IMG/VR virus record: IMGVR_UViG_3300044701_002494
Location: 32,007-96,006 of that record
Strand: one strand, 5' to 3'
Source: a virus
DNA length: 64,000 nucleotides
Shown: positions 8,667 through 17,782 of the stretch, piece by piece
How positions within the stretch are numbered: the first letter of the stretch is position 1
Layout of the letters: the number at the start of each line of letters is the position of its first letter
Notes under the pieces: model-generated
Seen by the model: only the letters and a program-made list of their open reading frames with translations
What the model was told of the DNA's origin: nothing
The model's database searches: none
Position numbers and translations under genes: made by a program

Positions 8667-9677
8667 TTATGCATAATCCCCCTCTGTTGGAGATCCATAT
8701 TTCTTCAACCAGATCTTATTTCCAAGTTCTTTTGCTTTTGCAGGATCCTTAGTTCTTAGTTCTTGATATCTTTTAATATCAGGATCAACTGATTTAGTTT
8801 TTGTTGCAACTGTTTTTGAAGTATCTTTTATAACTGGATTTGGTTTAACTTTTTTTACAGTATCTTTTGTAACTGTATTTTGTGTAGGTTTTTTCGCTTT
8901 TTGAGGGGTTGGAAGTTTAGGTGCAGGTAAAGCAACGTCTCCACGCTTCATTGCAGCAGTTAAAGTTCCATCAGCAGTTGGTCTTGGTGCCATAACAGCA
9001 GCTGCAGCGCCAGCAGGAGTAAGATTTCTTAGAGTAGCGATAGTAGATGCAGTCTTGGCAACAGGTTCTGCAATTTTTCTTCCTTGGTCAGCAAATCTTG
9101 CAAGTTCTGGAAATTTATCAAGATTCGGACCAGTTGCTCTAAGTGTAGCACCAGGTCTATATGGATTTGGTTTAGTTGTAGTTGGTTTTGCTGCTGGAGA
9201 AGAAACTTTTGTAACTTTTGGTGTTGGTGGTTTTGGTGCCTTTACTTCTACTGGTTTATTGGGATAAAGCATTTTTCTCAAACCCTGTGCAAATACTTGC
9301 GTGGGATGTGGTTTATCAAGACCAAGAATATTAGCAATACCACGAGCAACAACTTCTTGCGGATGCATTCCTTGCTCCACAACATAAGTCATAATGTAAT
9401 TTGACTCTTCTACTGTACATCCCTCATTTAAAAGAAAATTAAAAACTTCATCATAAACATCTTCAATAACAACTTCACCCTCTGGTTCATAATGTGCTTT
9501 TTGAATATTTGCACTTTTAGTTGGTTTTAAAGGAACTACTTTTCCCCCACCATACTTCGGATTACTGTCTATTATTTTTTGAAGGGTTTCATCAGGATTA
9601 TCAGTAGGAACTCCCATTCTTTGTTCCAAAATTATATTATATGCATCTCGTAACGATTTATATTCTTTAAAATTCAT
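8667..9677 (-). CDS. Hypothetical protein related to 7938-8639, with Pro/Lys/Thr-rich C-terminal half
   Basis: 336 aa; LRDAYNII and FNFLLNEG..YIM modules; TATAAATA at 9699-9706. Confidence 0.6.
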   Translation of the reverse strand: MNFKEYKSLRDAYNIILEQRMGVPTDNPDETLQKIIDSNPKYGGGKVVPLKPTKSANIQKAHYEPEGEVVIEDVYDEVFNFLLNEGCTVEESNYIMTYVVEQGMHPQEVVARGIANILGLDKPHPTQVFAQGLRKMLYPNKPVEVKAPKPPTPKVTKVSSPAAKPTTTKPNPYRPGATLRATGPNLDKFPELARFADQGRKIAEPVAKTASTIATLRNLTPAGAAAAVMAPRPTADGTLTAAMKRGDVALPAPKLPTPQKAKKPTQNTVTKDTVKKVKPNPVIKDTSKTVATKTKSVDPDIKRYQELRTKDPAKAKELGNKIWLKKYGSPTEGDYA

Positions 9678-9693
9678 TTCTAAAAAAATCTTT

Positions 9694-9837
9694 TTAGGTA
9701 TTTATAAAAAAAGAAGCACCTCCAGAGAGGCGCTTCTTGAGTGCTTGGCGACGTGCCTTTGCTTGTCGGAGTGCTTGCGGTTTTAGTTTCCGCTTCTGCT
9801 CCTTTTTAGAGTGGTGTTGCCAATTTGGAAGTTTCAT
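9694..9837 (-). CDS. Small basic protein (47 aa, not in the ORF track)
   Basis: MKLPNWQHHSKKEQKRKLKPQALRQAKARRQALKKRLSGGASFFINT; TTGACT-17-TAATCT upstream. Confidence 0.6.
   Translation of the reverse strand: MKLPNWQHHSKKEQKRKLKPQALRQAKARRQALKKRLSGGASFFINT
9699..9706 (-). promoter_or_regulatory. T4-type late promoter
   Basis: Exact TATAAATA about 20 nt upstream of the ATG at 9677. Confidence 0.75.
9706..9738 (-). terminator. Rho-independent terminator
   Basis: AAGAAGCGCCTC-TCTG-GAGGTGCTTCTT followed by a T run. Confidence 0.75.
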
Positions 9838-9999
9838 TAGTCTTGTGTTGATGGGGACAGATTACTATCTATATTTGCAGAAGTCAAGGAGTCCAGTTGA
9901 GAAAGTGTCCCTGTTCTTATTTTTTTCATAATATCACTTCTTCTTTTTCTTTCATTATCACTTATATTCAATTTTGTTCCAACTTCTAGTCTAAACTAT

Positions 10000-11715
10000 T
10001 TATATCGGTTTAATTCTAGAAAATCCTTTTATTTTTTCAAATGAAATAACATTATCAAATTTATCCTGTAAGTCTGTTTTATGAGAAATTACAAAAACAT
10101 TTGTGTCTTTTACAACATACTTAATAATTTTTAAAAACTCATCAGCACCAAATCCATCAAGAGAAGAGTCAAAAACTTCATCAAATAAAAGAATATTACA
10201 ATTTACAGAATTTTTGACTCTTGCCACTTCACGCCAGGCAAACAACAGGGCAAGGTCAATTCTTGCCTTTTCACCTTCAGAAAATGAAGAGTATGAGAAA
10301 TCTTCGTGAATAGGTGATTTAACATTCTCATTGAATTCAGAATCCAATTCAAAATTGATATAAAAGTCCATCATCTGAAGATAACGATTCACCTGCTGAT
10401 TTATGAAAGGAAGATACTTTTTAATAATCTTCGTTTTTACACCATCATCCTTGAGTAATGAATAGGCAAAATCATAATAAACGATTTCTTCTTTTTTCTT
10501 TGAAAGGTCTTCAAATGTTTTTTGGAGATTTTCTTTAAATTCTTCTAGTTTCTCATGCTCAGTATTTCTGTTTTTAAGTTTCTCGGTAATTGTTTGAATT
10601 TCAGTTTCAAGATCTCGGATTTGTCTCTGGTTGAGGGAAATCCTAGTATTGTTTTGAGAAATCTCATGGTTGAGTTTTGTAATCTCCTTAGATAGAGCAA
10701 TGAATTGACGCTCTCGTTCTTGTTCTATCTTTATAGTCTCTTCCAGGTCTTCATAACCCTTCTTGAGTTCCTTTGCTTTATTTTGAGCGTCTGTAATTCT
10801 ATTTAACCGAAACTCTTCCTCAATTGTCTGAGTACAAGTAGGGCACACCGTATTTTCAGTGAAAAACTTATGCTCTTTCGTAATGACAGATACTTTCTGG
10901 GAGATTTTACCTCTGAGATTGTTTAGTTTTACTAACTTTTCACTGGCACCAACAACTTCTTCCTGCTCCTTTGTATATTGAACAATACCCTCTTCAGTCT
11001 TAGCATTTTCAATCATATAAATGCCAACTTCTTTGTCTAAATTGGCAATCTTTTCTTTATTGGCATTTATATTGGCATTTCCACGATTCTCAAGTTCTTC
11101 GATGAAGTTTTTCTGCATCTTCATCTTCTCTTTCAAATTCTCCTTACGCAACTCAAGAGATTTCACTTGGTCTTTCTGTGTGCGAATTCTATCCTTGATG
11201 AGATTATTCATCGCAGAGAAAATACGAATATCCAAAAGATCTTCAATAACTTCCCGACGATGTGCCGTTGGAAGTTGCATAAAAGGCACAAAGGTACTAC
11301 TACCCAGAATAACAATCTGAGTAAAAGACTTATAATTTACCTTGAGAATGTTCTCCTCTAGAATTCTCTGATTGGCACGGTCGTCTGCTTCCTTGTGCAG
11401 AGGACTGCCATTTACCTCAATATCAAATACATTTGGTTTAATTCCACGACGGACAAGATAATCTCTACTATTCGTTGAGAATTCAATTTCAACTAAACAA
11501 TCTTTTTCGTTTGTAGTATTGACTAATTGTGGTTTATTGATTTTCCGAAACGGTTTATTGAAAAGAGCAAAGGTAAGAGCATCCAATACCGTTGACTTTC
11601 CAGCACCGTTTGTACCGATGATTAGATTGGTATGATTTTTTTCAAAGTCAATCTCAGTAAATTGATTCCCCGATGAAAGGAAATTCTTGTATCTAATCTT
11701 GTGAAATACTAGCAT
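10000..11715 (-). CDS. gp46: Recombination endonuclease ATPase subunit (Rad50/SbcC-like)
   Basis: GTNGAGKST, coiled coil with CPTC zinc hook, FSEGEK signature, LLFDEVFD. Confidence 0.96.
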   Translation of the reverse strand: MLVFHKIRYKNFLSSGNQFTEIDFEKNHTNLIIGTNGAGKSTVLDALTFALFNKPFRKINKPQLVNTTNEKDCLVEIEFSTNSRDYLVRRGIKPNVFDIEVNGSPLHKEADDRANQRILEENILKVNYKSFTQIVILGSSTFVPFMQLPTAHRREVIEDLLDIRIFSAMNNLIKDRIRTQKDQVKSLELRKENLKEKMKMQKNFIEELENRGNANINANKEKIANLDKEVGIYMIENAKTEEGIVQYTKEQEEVVGASEKLVKLNNLRGKISQKVSVITKEHKFFTENTVCPTCTQTIEEEFRLNRITDAQNKAKELKKGYEDLEETIKIEQERERQFIALSKEITKLNHEISQNNTRISLNQRQIRDLETEIQTITEKLKNRNTEHEKLEEFKENLQKTFEDLSKKKEEIVYYDFAYSLLKDDGVKTKIIKKYLPFINQQVNRYLQMMDFYINFELDSEFNENVKSPIHEDFSYSSFSEGEKARIDLALLFAWREVARVKNSVNCNILLFDEVFDSSLDGFGADEFLKIIKYVVKDTNVFVISHKTDLQDKFDNVISFEKIKGFSRIKPI

Positions 11716-11968
11716 TTTTAGGAGGAATTACGATATCGTCAGGAGTGATCACAGCATACTTGTAATTATACAATTTACAAGTCTTTATGGCAAGGTCGTC
11801 GTCAACTTCAACAACATCCATTTCTTGGTCTTCTTGGTCTTCAAGCATCAAAGCATATCGAGTAGCATCATCTTCTTCTTCAAAGAGAAATAAAACTTTA
11901 TGTCCATATTGGTCTTGGACAGCATAAGCACCATCGTCTTTTCTATCTTTGAGCGTGAGAAGAAACAT
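11693..11968 (-). CDS. Conserved cyanophage hypothetical protein between gp47 and gp46
   Basis: 91 aa, FEEEDDATRY, YAVITPDDIVIPP; tightly packed with its neighbours. Confidence 0.7.
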   Translation of the reverse strand: MFLLTLKDRKDDGAYAVQDQYGHKVLFLFEEEDDATRYALMLEDQEDQEMDVVEVDDDLAIKTCKLYNYKYAVITPDDIVIPPKNASISQD

Positions 11969-13003
11969 TTACTCTACCTCGCAAGCTTGTCGATAAAGAT
12001 CTTGAAAAATACCTTTGATGATGTTTTTATCAAATTCAAACTCTGCTTCGTCAATATAACGATTTAGAATTGACATTGTATTTTCTTCTTCATCAATCTC
12101 AAAATCTTCGTTTTCCTGAATATCAAAGTTTTCTACAATCTTGAGATCTTGGATTCCTGCCGTGTAAAGTTTGTCGATAAACTTCTCAAAATCTTTTTGT
12201 TTAGATTTTTTACGAACGATTACTTTGACAATCTTGTTTTCATATTCGGTAGTGTCGAATAGTTGGTAAGGAGTATCCTCATAATAAATGTTATAGAATA
12301 ATTTATAAGGATTGTTGATTGGAGTATGCTCTAATGTTTCCGTATCAAAAATATGAAATCCCCGAGTATCGTTCACATCAGTCCAATACATCTCATAAGG
12401 ATTACCTAGATAGAAAACTTTTCCGTTATTTGATCGAGTGTGATAGTGTCCCGAGTAGACCCTATCGAACTTCTCAAATAGTTTGCTCTCCAAACCATGC
12501 TCCATGATGAGTTGTCGATTAACTCTAAATCCTTGGAGTTCAAGATGCCCCATCGCACATTTGCTAGTCGTCTTTTCAATAATTTTAAGAGTTTTTGTTT
12601 CATTTTCTTGATTAATCCATGGTAAAAATAAAATCTTTAATCCACCAATATTAACTTCAGTCGGGTCACTATAAGTCTTTATATTAGAATACGTCTGAAG
12701 GAGAAGTTCTGGAGAATTTACACTATTGGTATTCTTATAGTAAGTATCGTGATTACCAATAATCATATGGACTTCATACTTTTTAAGAGGGTCAAATACA
12801 ACCCTCTTTGCCCATTCAAGACTTTGATAGTCAATCGACTTCCGACTATCAAAGGCATCTCCCATATGAATCACTGCCTCTACATTATTTTCTTCAAGGG
12901 CAGGAAAAAATACATTCTTGTAAAAAAGTTCGAAATAATCGTGGAGATGTTTAGACCCTTTTTTGGCACCATAGTGACTATCGGTGATAATTGCTACCTT
13001 CAT
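11969..13003 (-). CDS. gp47: Recombination endonuclease nuclease subunit (Mre11/SbcD-like)
   Basis: DSHYG, GDAFD, GNHD and SGHYH metallophosphoesterase motifs. Confidence 0.96.
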   Translation of the reverse strand: MKVAIITDSHYGAKKGSKHLHDYFELFYKNVFFPALEENNVEAVIHMGDAFDSRKSIDYQSLEWAKRVVFDPLKKYEVHMIIGNHDTYYKNTNSVNSPELLLQTYSNIKTYSDPTEVNIGGLKILFLPWINQENETKTLKIIEKTTSKCAMGHLELQGFRVNRQLIMEHGLESKLFEKFDRVYSGHYHTRSNNGKVFYLGNPYEMYWTDVNDTRGFHIFDTETLEHTPINNPYKLFYNIYYEDTPYQLFDTTEYENKIVKVIVRKKSKQKDFEKFIDKLYTAGIQDLKIVENFDIQENEDFEIDEEENTMSILNRYIDEAEFEFDKNIIKGIFQDLYRQACEVE

Positions 13004-13515
13004 TTGTTGCGGTATTGAATAGCATCTTTAATCCCATTATACTCTGAACTGTGCCCAGAAAGCAAGCTATCATCAACAACCATAACCTCATCAAACCCAG
13101 TGCGTTCAATGATCTTGGTCTTAATATCCAGTTGCTTCTTTTCCTTTTGAATTCTTCTCAGGAATGCGTAGTGAATAATCTGAGTGAAATAAGCGAAAGG
13201 ATTCTTAGACTTTTCTGGATCAAAGTTATGAATGTACTGAACACAGTTTTCAATGCCATCAGAAATCATATCCTCACGGAACATATAATTCACAAAGTTT
13301 GGTTTATATGAAAGGTGAGTGGCAATCTTCAGAAAACACTCTCCAAGATAATTCGGAATGGGTGGTTTACCTTCCCAATGCTTGCCTCTATCTTCTTTAG
13401 TGGGGTTTCTATCGAACTTCTCATTGAATGACTTTTCGACCTTGGATCGATACACAATCATTGCTTCTAGAAGTTCTTTGTTGTTTACATAATGTTCTGT
13501 CTTTTTCTTAGGCAT
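13000..13515 (-). CDS. gp55: Late transcription sigma factor
   Basis: HYVNNKEL, NFVNYMFREDMISDGIENC, NPFAYFTQI. Confidence 0.96.
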   Translation of the reverse strand: MPKKKTEHYVNNKELLEAMIVYRSKVEKSFNEKFDRNPTKEDRGKHWEGKPPIPNYLGECFLKIATHLSYKPNFVNYMFREDMISDGIENCVQYIHNFDPEKSKNPFAYFTQIIHYAFLRRIQKEKKQLDIKTKIIERTGFDEVMVVDDSLLSGHSSEYNGIKDAIQYRNK

Positions 13516-13547
13516 AGCATTGGACTTATATAATATAGGTTATGCTT

Positions 13548-13599
13548 ATTATACCACAACATAGGGGGGCTTGACAAGTTATAATATTGTGTGTAGAAT
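13548..13599. promoter_or_regulatory. Back-to-back sigma70-type promoters
   Basis: Plus strand TTGACA(13571)-17-TAGAAT(13594-13599); minus strand TTGTCA-18-TATAAT(13553-13548) toward gp55. Confidence 0.65.
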
Positions 13600-13626
13600 A
13601 CCTTTGTTCTGGTTGAAGATGAGAGT

Positions 13627-14034
13627 TTAGCTTTCTTTAAGACCTTTGAATATTCTTTCAAGTCTTTTGCGGGCATCTTCAACGGAAGAGAGATATCCCA
13701 TCTTAGGAGACGGTTTTACTTGACCTGAAGGATTGTAAACATCAATACTATCATCATCTTCAATGTAGTTATTGTAAATATCAATCATTCTTTTATCTGT
13801 AGTTTCAGTCATAGTAATAATCTTATCAAGTTTTATAATAAAGAAATCATCATTAGATAATTCTATCCAAGGTTTAACCTTAAGGTAAGTTCCATGTTGA
13901 TTACTATAAGATTTCATAGTTACTGGATTTTGAAGCACTAAGACTGGATCTCCATCATTCTCATCAATTAAGACTAACGATAGAATTTCTTCACCAGATA
14001 TTAGTTTTATAATTGCGTAAAATTCATCTCCCAT
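13627..14034 (-). CDS. Conserved hypothetical protein (Sm-like fold suspected)
   Basis: IKLISGEEI...LQNP...VKPW; usual position between uvsW and gp55. Confidence 0.65.
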   Translation of the reverse strand: MGDEFYAIIKLISGEEILSLVLIDENDGDPVLVLQNPVTMKSYSNQHGTYLKVKPWIELSNDDFFIIKLDKIITMTETTDKRMIDIYNNYIEDDDSIDVYNPSGQVKPSPKMGYLSSVEDARKRLERIFKGLKES

Positions 14035-15497
14035 TAGTTTTTAAACGGTATATTTACAATATCATAATTAAAGTTTTCTTCATTATAGACTTTGATCCTT
14101 TCAATTAAGTGATTGAGGGTATAGTTCTTTCTTGACTTATAGCTGATATCATCGGCAATGTCATATAGAGTTGCTTTTGTCTTATTATTTCCTTTTCTTA
14201 AAACTCTACCAATTGACTGGAGATTACGGATTCTAGATTTCGAAGGTGATGCAAAAATAACATTATGTAAATTCTTAATGTTAATTCCTGTACTAAACGT
14301 TCCATAGGATGCCACAATAATTGCATTATTTTCTTTTTCAGTAATTTCACGTACTTTTTCTCTATCTTCAGTATCAACACCACCATGCACAAAGAATACA
14401 TGGCGATCATCACTGATACTTTTATTTATTAATTCGTATAAGGGTTGTCCGTGACCTTCAACACGGGCAAAGAGAATTAGAGTGTTTCCTTTTAAATCGA
14501 GAGCAAGATTCTTAATAAATTTATTTCTTTTTTCATGATTAATAATATATTGAACTTCATCTTCAAATGTTTCAAAACGGTTGGGTGGGTGTTTCAATAG
14601 AAGAATGTTAATGTCTAATGTAGCAACATGACCTTTCTTCATTAACTCATCAGTTTTAATAATCTTATAAGAAGGACCAAATAATCCCTCTAAAACCCAT
14701 TTATGAGTTTGTGATCCATCTAAAGTTCCAGTAAATCCAAATCTATATTTGCAGTCAGAAAGTTTTGTCATTATAGATACTAATGACTTTGATTTAAACT
14801 GGTGTGCTTCATCTCCTACTACCACATTAAATCGTGAGAAATATTGTCGGGGAAGTTTGTAGATGGACTGCCAGGTAGTGATAATTACCTGAGAGTTTGT
14901 TTCTCTTTCTTTTCCAGCATATATTTTGTGGCAGTATGATCCCACATCAAACCCATAATCTTCAAAATCTTTATACATCTGTTCTACAAGGGATGTCGTT
15001 GGGACAACTACGAGAATACTTTGTCCTTTCTCAACGTAATATCTCACAATTGAATATATCATCAACGACTTTCCAGAGGCAGTTGGAGATATCAACAACT
15101 TTCGATTATGTTTTAAAGCGTCGTATACTCCCTCAACTTGGTACTCACGGGGAGCGTACTTGCAAATAGAAGTCATATAGTCTTTCACACCTTCCTTTGA
15201 GATGTGCTCATTTACCTCAAAAGGAAGACCATAATACTTATTGTTTCGAAACTCATAAGTGTATTCGTGCTGCTCACAGAATCTTATGAGTTTATCTAAT
15301 AGACCAACGTATATTTCTCTCGTATTAACGTTAAACAAATAAATGTAACCATCCCACCACTTATTTTTGTAGGCTGGTGCAAATTTAGCATTTGGAACTT
15401 CAAATTGAAATGCGTCTCTTAACTCATAGTAGACGTGTGGATCTGCTTCAACTTGAAGAAATACCTCGTTCTTCTTTGAAATAATCAAATGTGACAT
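14034..15497 (-). CDS. uvsW: SF2 RNA-DNA/DNA helicase UvsW
   Basis: SPTASGKS, DEAH, TGT, QSIGRVLR. Confidence 0.95.
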   Translation of the reverse strand: MSHLIISKKNEVFLQVEADPHVYYELRDAFQFEVPNAKFAPAYKNKWWDGYIYLFNVNTREIYVGLLDKLIRFCEQHEYTYEFRNNKYYGLPFEVNEHISKEGVKDYMTSICKYAPREYQVEGVYDALKHNRKLLISPTASGKSLMIYSIVRYYVEKGQSILVVVPTTSLVEQMYKDFEDYGFDVGSYCHKIYAGKERETNSQVIITTWQSIYKLPRQYFSRFNVVVGDEAHQFKSKSLVSIMTKLSDCKYRFGFTGTLDGSQTHKWVLEGLFGPSYKIIKTDELMKKGHVATLDINILLLKHPPNRFETFEDEVQYIINHEKRNKFIKNLALDLKGNTLILFARVEGHGQPLYELINKSISDDRHVFFVHGGVDTEDREKVREITEKENNAIIVASYGTFSTGINIKNLHNVIFASPSKSRIRNLQSIGRVLRKGNNKTKATLYDIADDISYKSRKNYTLNHLIERIKVYNEENFNYDIVNIPFKN

Positions 15498-15530
15498 TCA
15501 TAACATATCAGTTATGATTATTTATTTCTG

Positions 15531-15968
15531 TTAATTAAACCCTGCTTGGAAACGGTTCCATTCAATTGCGTTCTTGATTTGAAAAGTTCTATTAGAAACT
15601 GTCTTGATAATCTCCTCAAGAAACTTCAACATAATGTCATAGTATCTGATTTTAAGATCTATTTTATTCAGTCTCTCATCAGCATCCAGATGCCTCTGTA
15701 ACGCCTCTTTGTCTCTAACTTTATATGGGAATGGTTCTTCAACATAAACCTCTGCTGGTGCCTTTCCTGTGTAGTAGTTGTATCTTTCTAATTTGGCCCT
15801 ACTATAAGTTTCTCTTGCCTTTTCTCTCAGGAGAGTGATTGTATTGTATATGGTATAATATTTGGAATGAAGTTGTGGAATTTTTAAAGATTCATCGTGC
15901 AAGTTATCAGGATCAATGACAGAATCTTTCTGCCACATTTCCTGAAGTTTTTCCAAATCAATTGACAT
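15531..15968 (-). CDS. uvsY: Recombination mediator UvsY
   Basis: DSVID..LHDESLKIPQLHSKY, RTFQIKNAIEW. Confidence 0.92.
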   Translation of the reverse strand: MSIDLEKLQEMWQKDSVIDPDNLHDESLKIPQLHSKYYTIYNTITLLREKARETYSRAKLERYNYYTGKAPAEVYVEEPFPYKVRDKEALQRHLDADERLNKIDLKIRYYDIMLKFLEEIIKTVSNRTFQIKNAIEWNRFQAGFN

Positions 15969-16638
15969 TTAATAATTTCCCCAAACACCATTCTTCTCCT
16001 GGACATTCTACATTTCTTTTGTTTATTTGTCCATTATTCCACCATTTTGTTCCTTTTTGTGAGGGTGGATAATGTTTTTTATCTTTATGTGCTCTACTTA
16101 TTTTATCTTTGGTTTTTTGACTGCAAGTACCTTTTTTAATACCTATGTGAGATTCAGTTAATTTTTTCTTATGTTCTTCTGTGAGTTTTTTTCCTTTATG
16201 TGCTTTACTTATTTTATCTTTAGTTTCTTGTGTGTGAGGTTTTCCTCTTTTATTACCTCTCATAATTTGGGATAATTTTTTCCTACCCTCTTCACTTATT
16301 ACAGGACCATTTCTTCCCTTCATTTTTTCACTTTGTTTCTTTTTTTGATTTTCTGTTGCTATTCTTCCAGAAGATCCATCCCCACCATTAGTTCTGTTAT
16401 GAAGAATACCTGTTTCTAAATCTTTTCTACCAAAAACAGCAATCATATAGATCTCGTGTTTGAATGCTTGTTCTTCTGTAAGATTTTTCTTTAAAAATAA
16501 AATTCTATTTTTTGGTGGGACATATACATTATTATGGTTTTTATTATATGCTCTAGATTTCTCACCTTTTCCAACATAGTACGGAGTACCGTTTTTACGC
16601 AAATATGCGTAGGTATAGAACCTTTTTTGGTCTTTCAT
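15958..16638 (-). mobile_element. Free-standing GIY-YIG-type homing endonuclease with NUMOD3 repeats
   Basis: FYTYAYLR..PYYVGKG, EIYMI, LHNRTNGGDG; HTQETKDKIS and LTEEHKKKL repeats; KWWNNG. Confidence 0.85.
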
Positions 16639-16640
16639 CT

Positions 16641-16739
16641 GCTTCTATTTTGGTTGGCATTACTATTTATAATAAAATAGGGTAGATTTCTCTACCCATC
16701 TCTAAAAAGCGCCAACCAATTAGAGCAAAATTATTTATA
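16641..16739 (-). promoter_or_regulatory. Two late promoters with a long hairpin reaching the endonuclease start region
   Basis: TATAAATA at 16732-16739 and 16664-16671; inverted repeat 16641-16658/16711-16726; inner hairpin 16680-16697. Confidence 0.7.
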
Positions 16740-16744
16740 AAGAT

Positions 16745-17290
16745 TCATAAAGGATTTCCATCAGTTCCTAGAATATTATATACAGTATACTTGAAAGTTA
16801 CCTCTGCTGTAAAGTATTGAATGTCAGTTTGTGTTGCATCAAATTCTAAAGATGATAAAGAAAAGGGAAATAAATCTTTAAATTTTATAATTGATATTGT
16901 ATTGAAATTACTATTTAAAATGTAAAGACTTCCGTCACTAAATGCTTCTTTTGAATCTTGAACTCCATTTTCTGTAATTAAATCTCTATATTGCTGTGTT
17001 GTTTCTGGGAAACCCAAACCAGTAATCCAATTATGTATTGACACATAATTTTCCATATTTTCATCAACTAAAAATCTAATGTTCAAATCACCATAAGTTG
17101 GTTTTGTTCCTGGAACATCAAGATCCTTAAGGTATGATGGTTGAATAACAGATGTTAAAGAAATCTCTGGAATTCTAGCTGAATTGCAAAAAAATCCAAC
17201 CTTAGGATATTTTGCAATGGTAAGTTTAAATCCTACAGGAGAAAGAAAATTTCTATTTGCAATTTGATTTGGAAAATTACAATTCGCCAT
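16745..17290 (-). CDS. gp3: Tail tube terminator / tail completion protein
   Basis: NRNFLSPVGF, FLVDENMENY..IHNW, LFPFSLSSLEFDAT; lies between gp23 and uvsY. Confidence 0.85.
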   Translation of the reverse strand: MANCNFPNQIANRNFLSPVGFKLTIAKYPKVGFFCNSARIPEISLTSVIQPSYLKDLDVPGTKPTYGDLNIRFLVDENMENYVSIHNWITGLGFPETTQQYRDLITENGVQDSKEAFSDGSLYILNSNFNTISIIKFKDLFPFSLSSLEFDATQTDIQYFTAEVTFKYTVYNILGTDGNPL

Positions 17291-17712
17291 TATTTTTTCT
17301 TAGTTGGAACTATTTTTGGAATATTCATATTCACTTTAACTCCTAAATCAGGAATTTTTGGTTTTGGTTTTTCTTTTGGTATTGGTGTAACATCAAGATC
17401 TCTTACACCAAACTGTTTATAATCTTTATATCCAAGATCTTTTGTTGTTTGTGTAGTTAAGTCAAATTTACGATCTCCGTGATATGGACCCCTATCAACA
17501 ACAGGTGCAACAACAGATCTGCCGCTTTTAGGATCGGTAATTTTTACTTTGCTTCCCAATGGCAATGTTTTATGAGCAACTCCCCTAGTTGTGGGTGATA
17601 ATTTTATACCAGAAGCAGTTGGATTTCCATATAATCCTGGACCATAAGAACTTGTTGATACTATTGCACCAAAAGGAATTGCTTCTTTTAAAAATTCCTT
17701 AAAAGTTTTCAT
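17290..17712 (-). CDS. RlpA-like (DPBB) lytic transglycosylase with capsid-targeting-like N-terminus
   Basis: SSYGPGLYGNPTASG, VAHKTLPLGSKVKIT, VVDRGPY..RKFDLT; begins MKTFKEFLKEA. Confidence 0.8.
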   Translation of the reverse strand: MKTFKEFLKEAIPFGAIVSTSSYGPGLYGNPTASGIKLSPTTRGVAHKTLPLGSKVKITDPKSGRSVVAPVVDRGPYHGDRKFDLTTQTTKDLGYKDYKQFGVRDLDVTPIPKEKPKPKIPDLGVKVNMNIPKIVPTKKK

Positions 17713-17734
17713 TCTTTTTTATTTCTATTTAGAT

Positions 17735-17762
17735 AAAAAAAGACCCTCCCAAAGGAGGGTCT
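17735..17762 (-). terminator. Rho-independent terminator after gp23
   Basis: AGACCCTCC-TTTG-GGAGGGTCT-TTTTTT. Confidence 0.85.
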
Positions 17763-17782
17763 GATGAGTGTGTGAATTTAAA

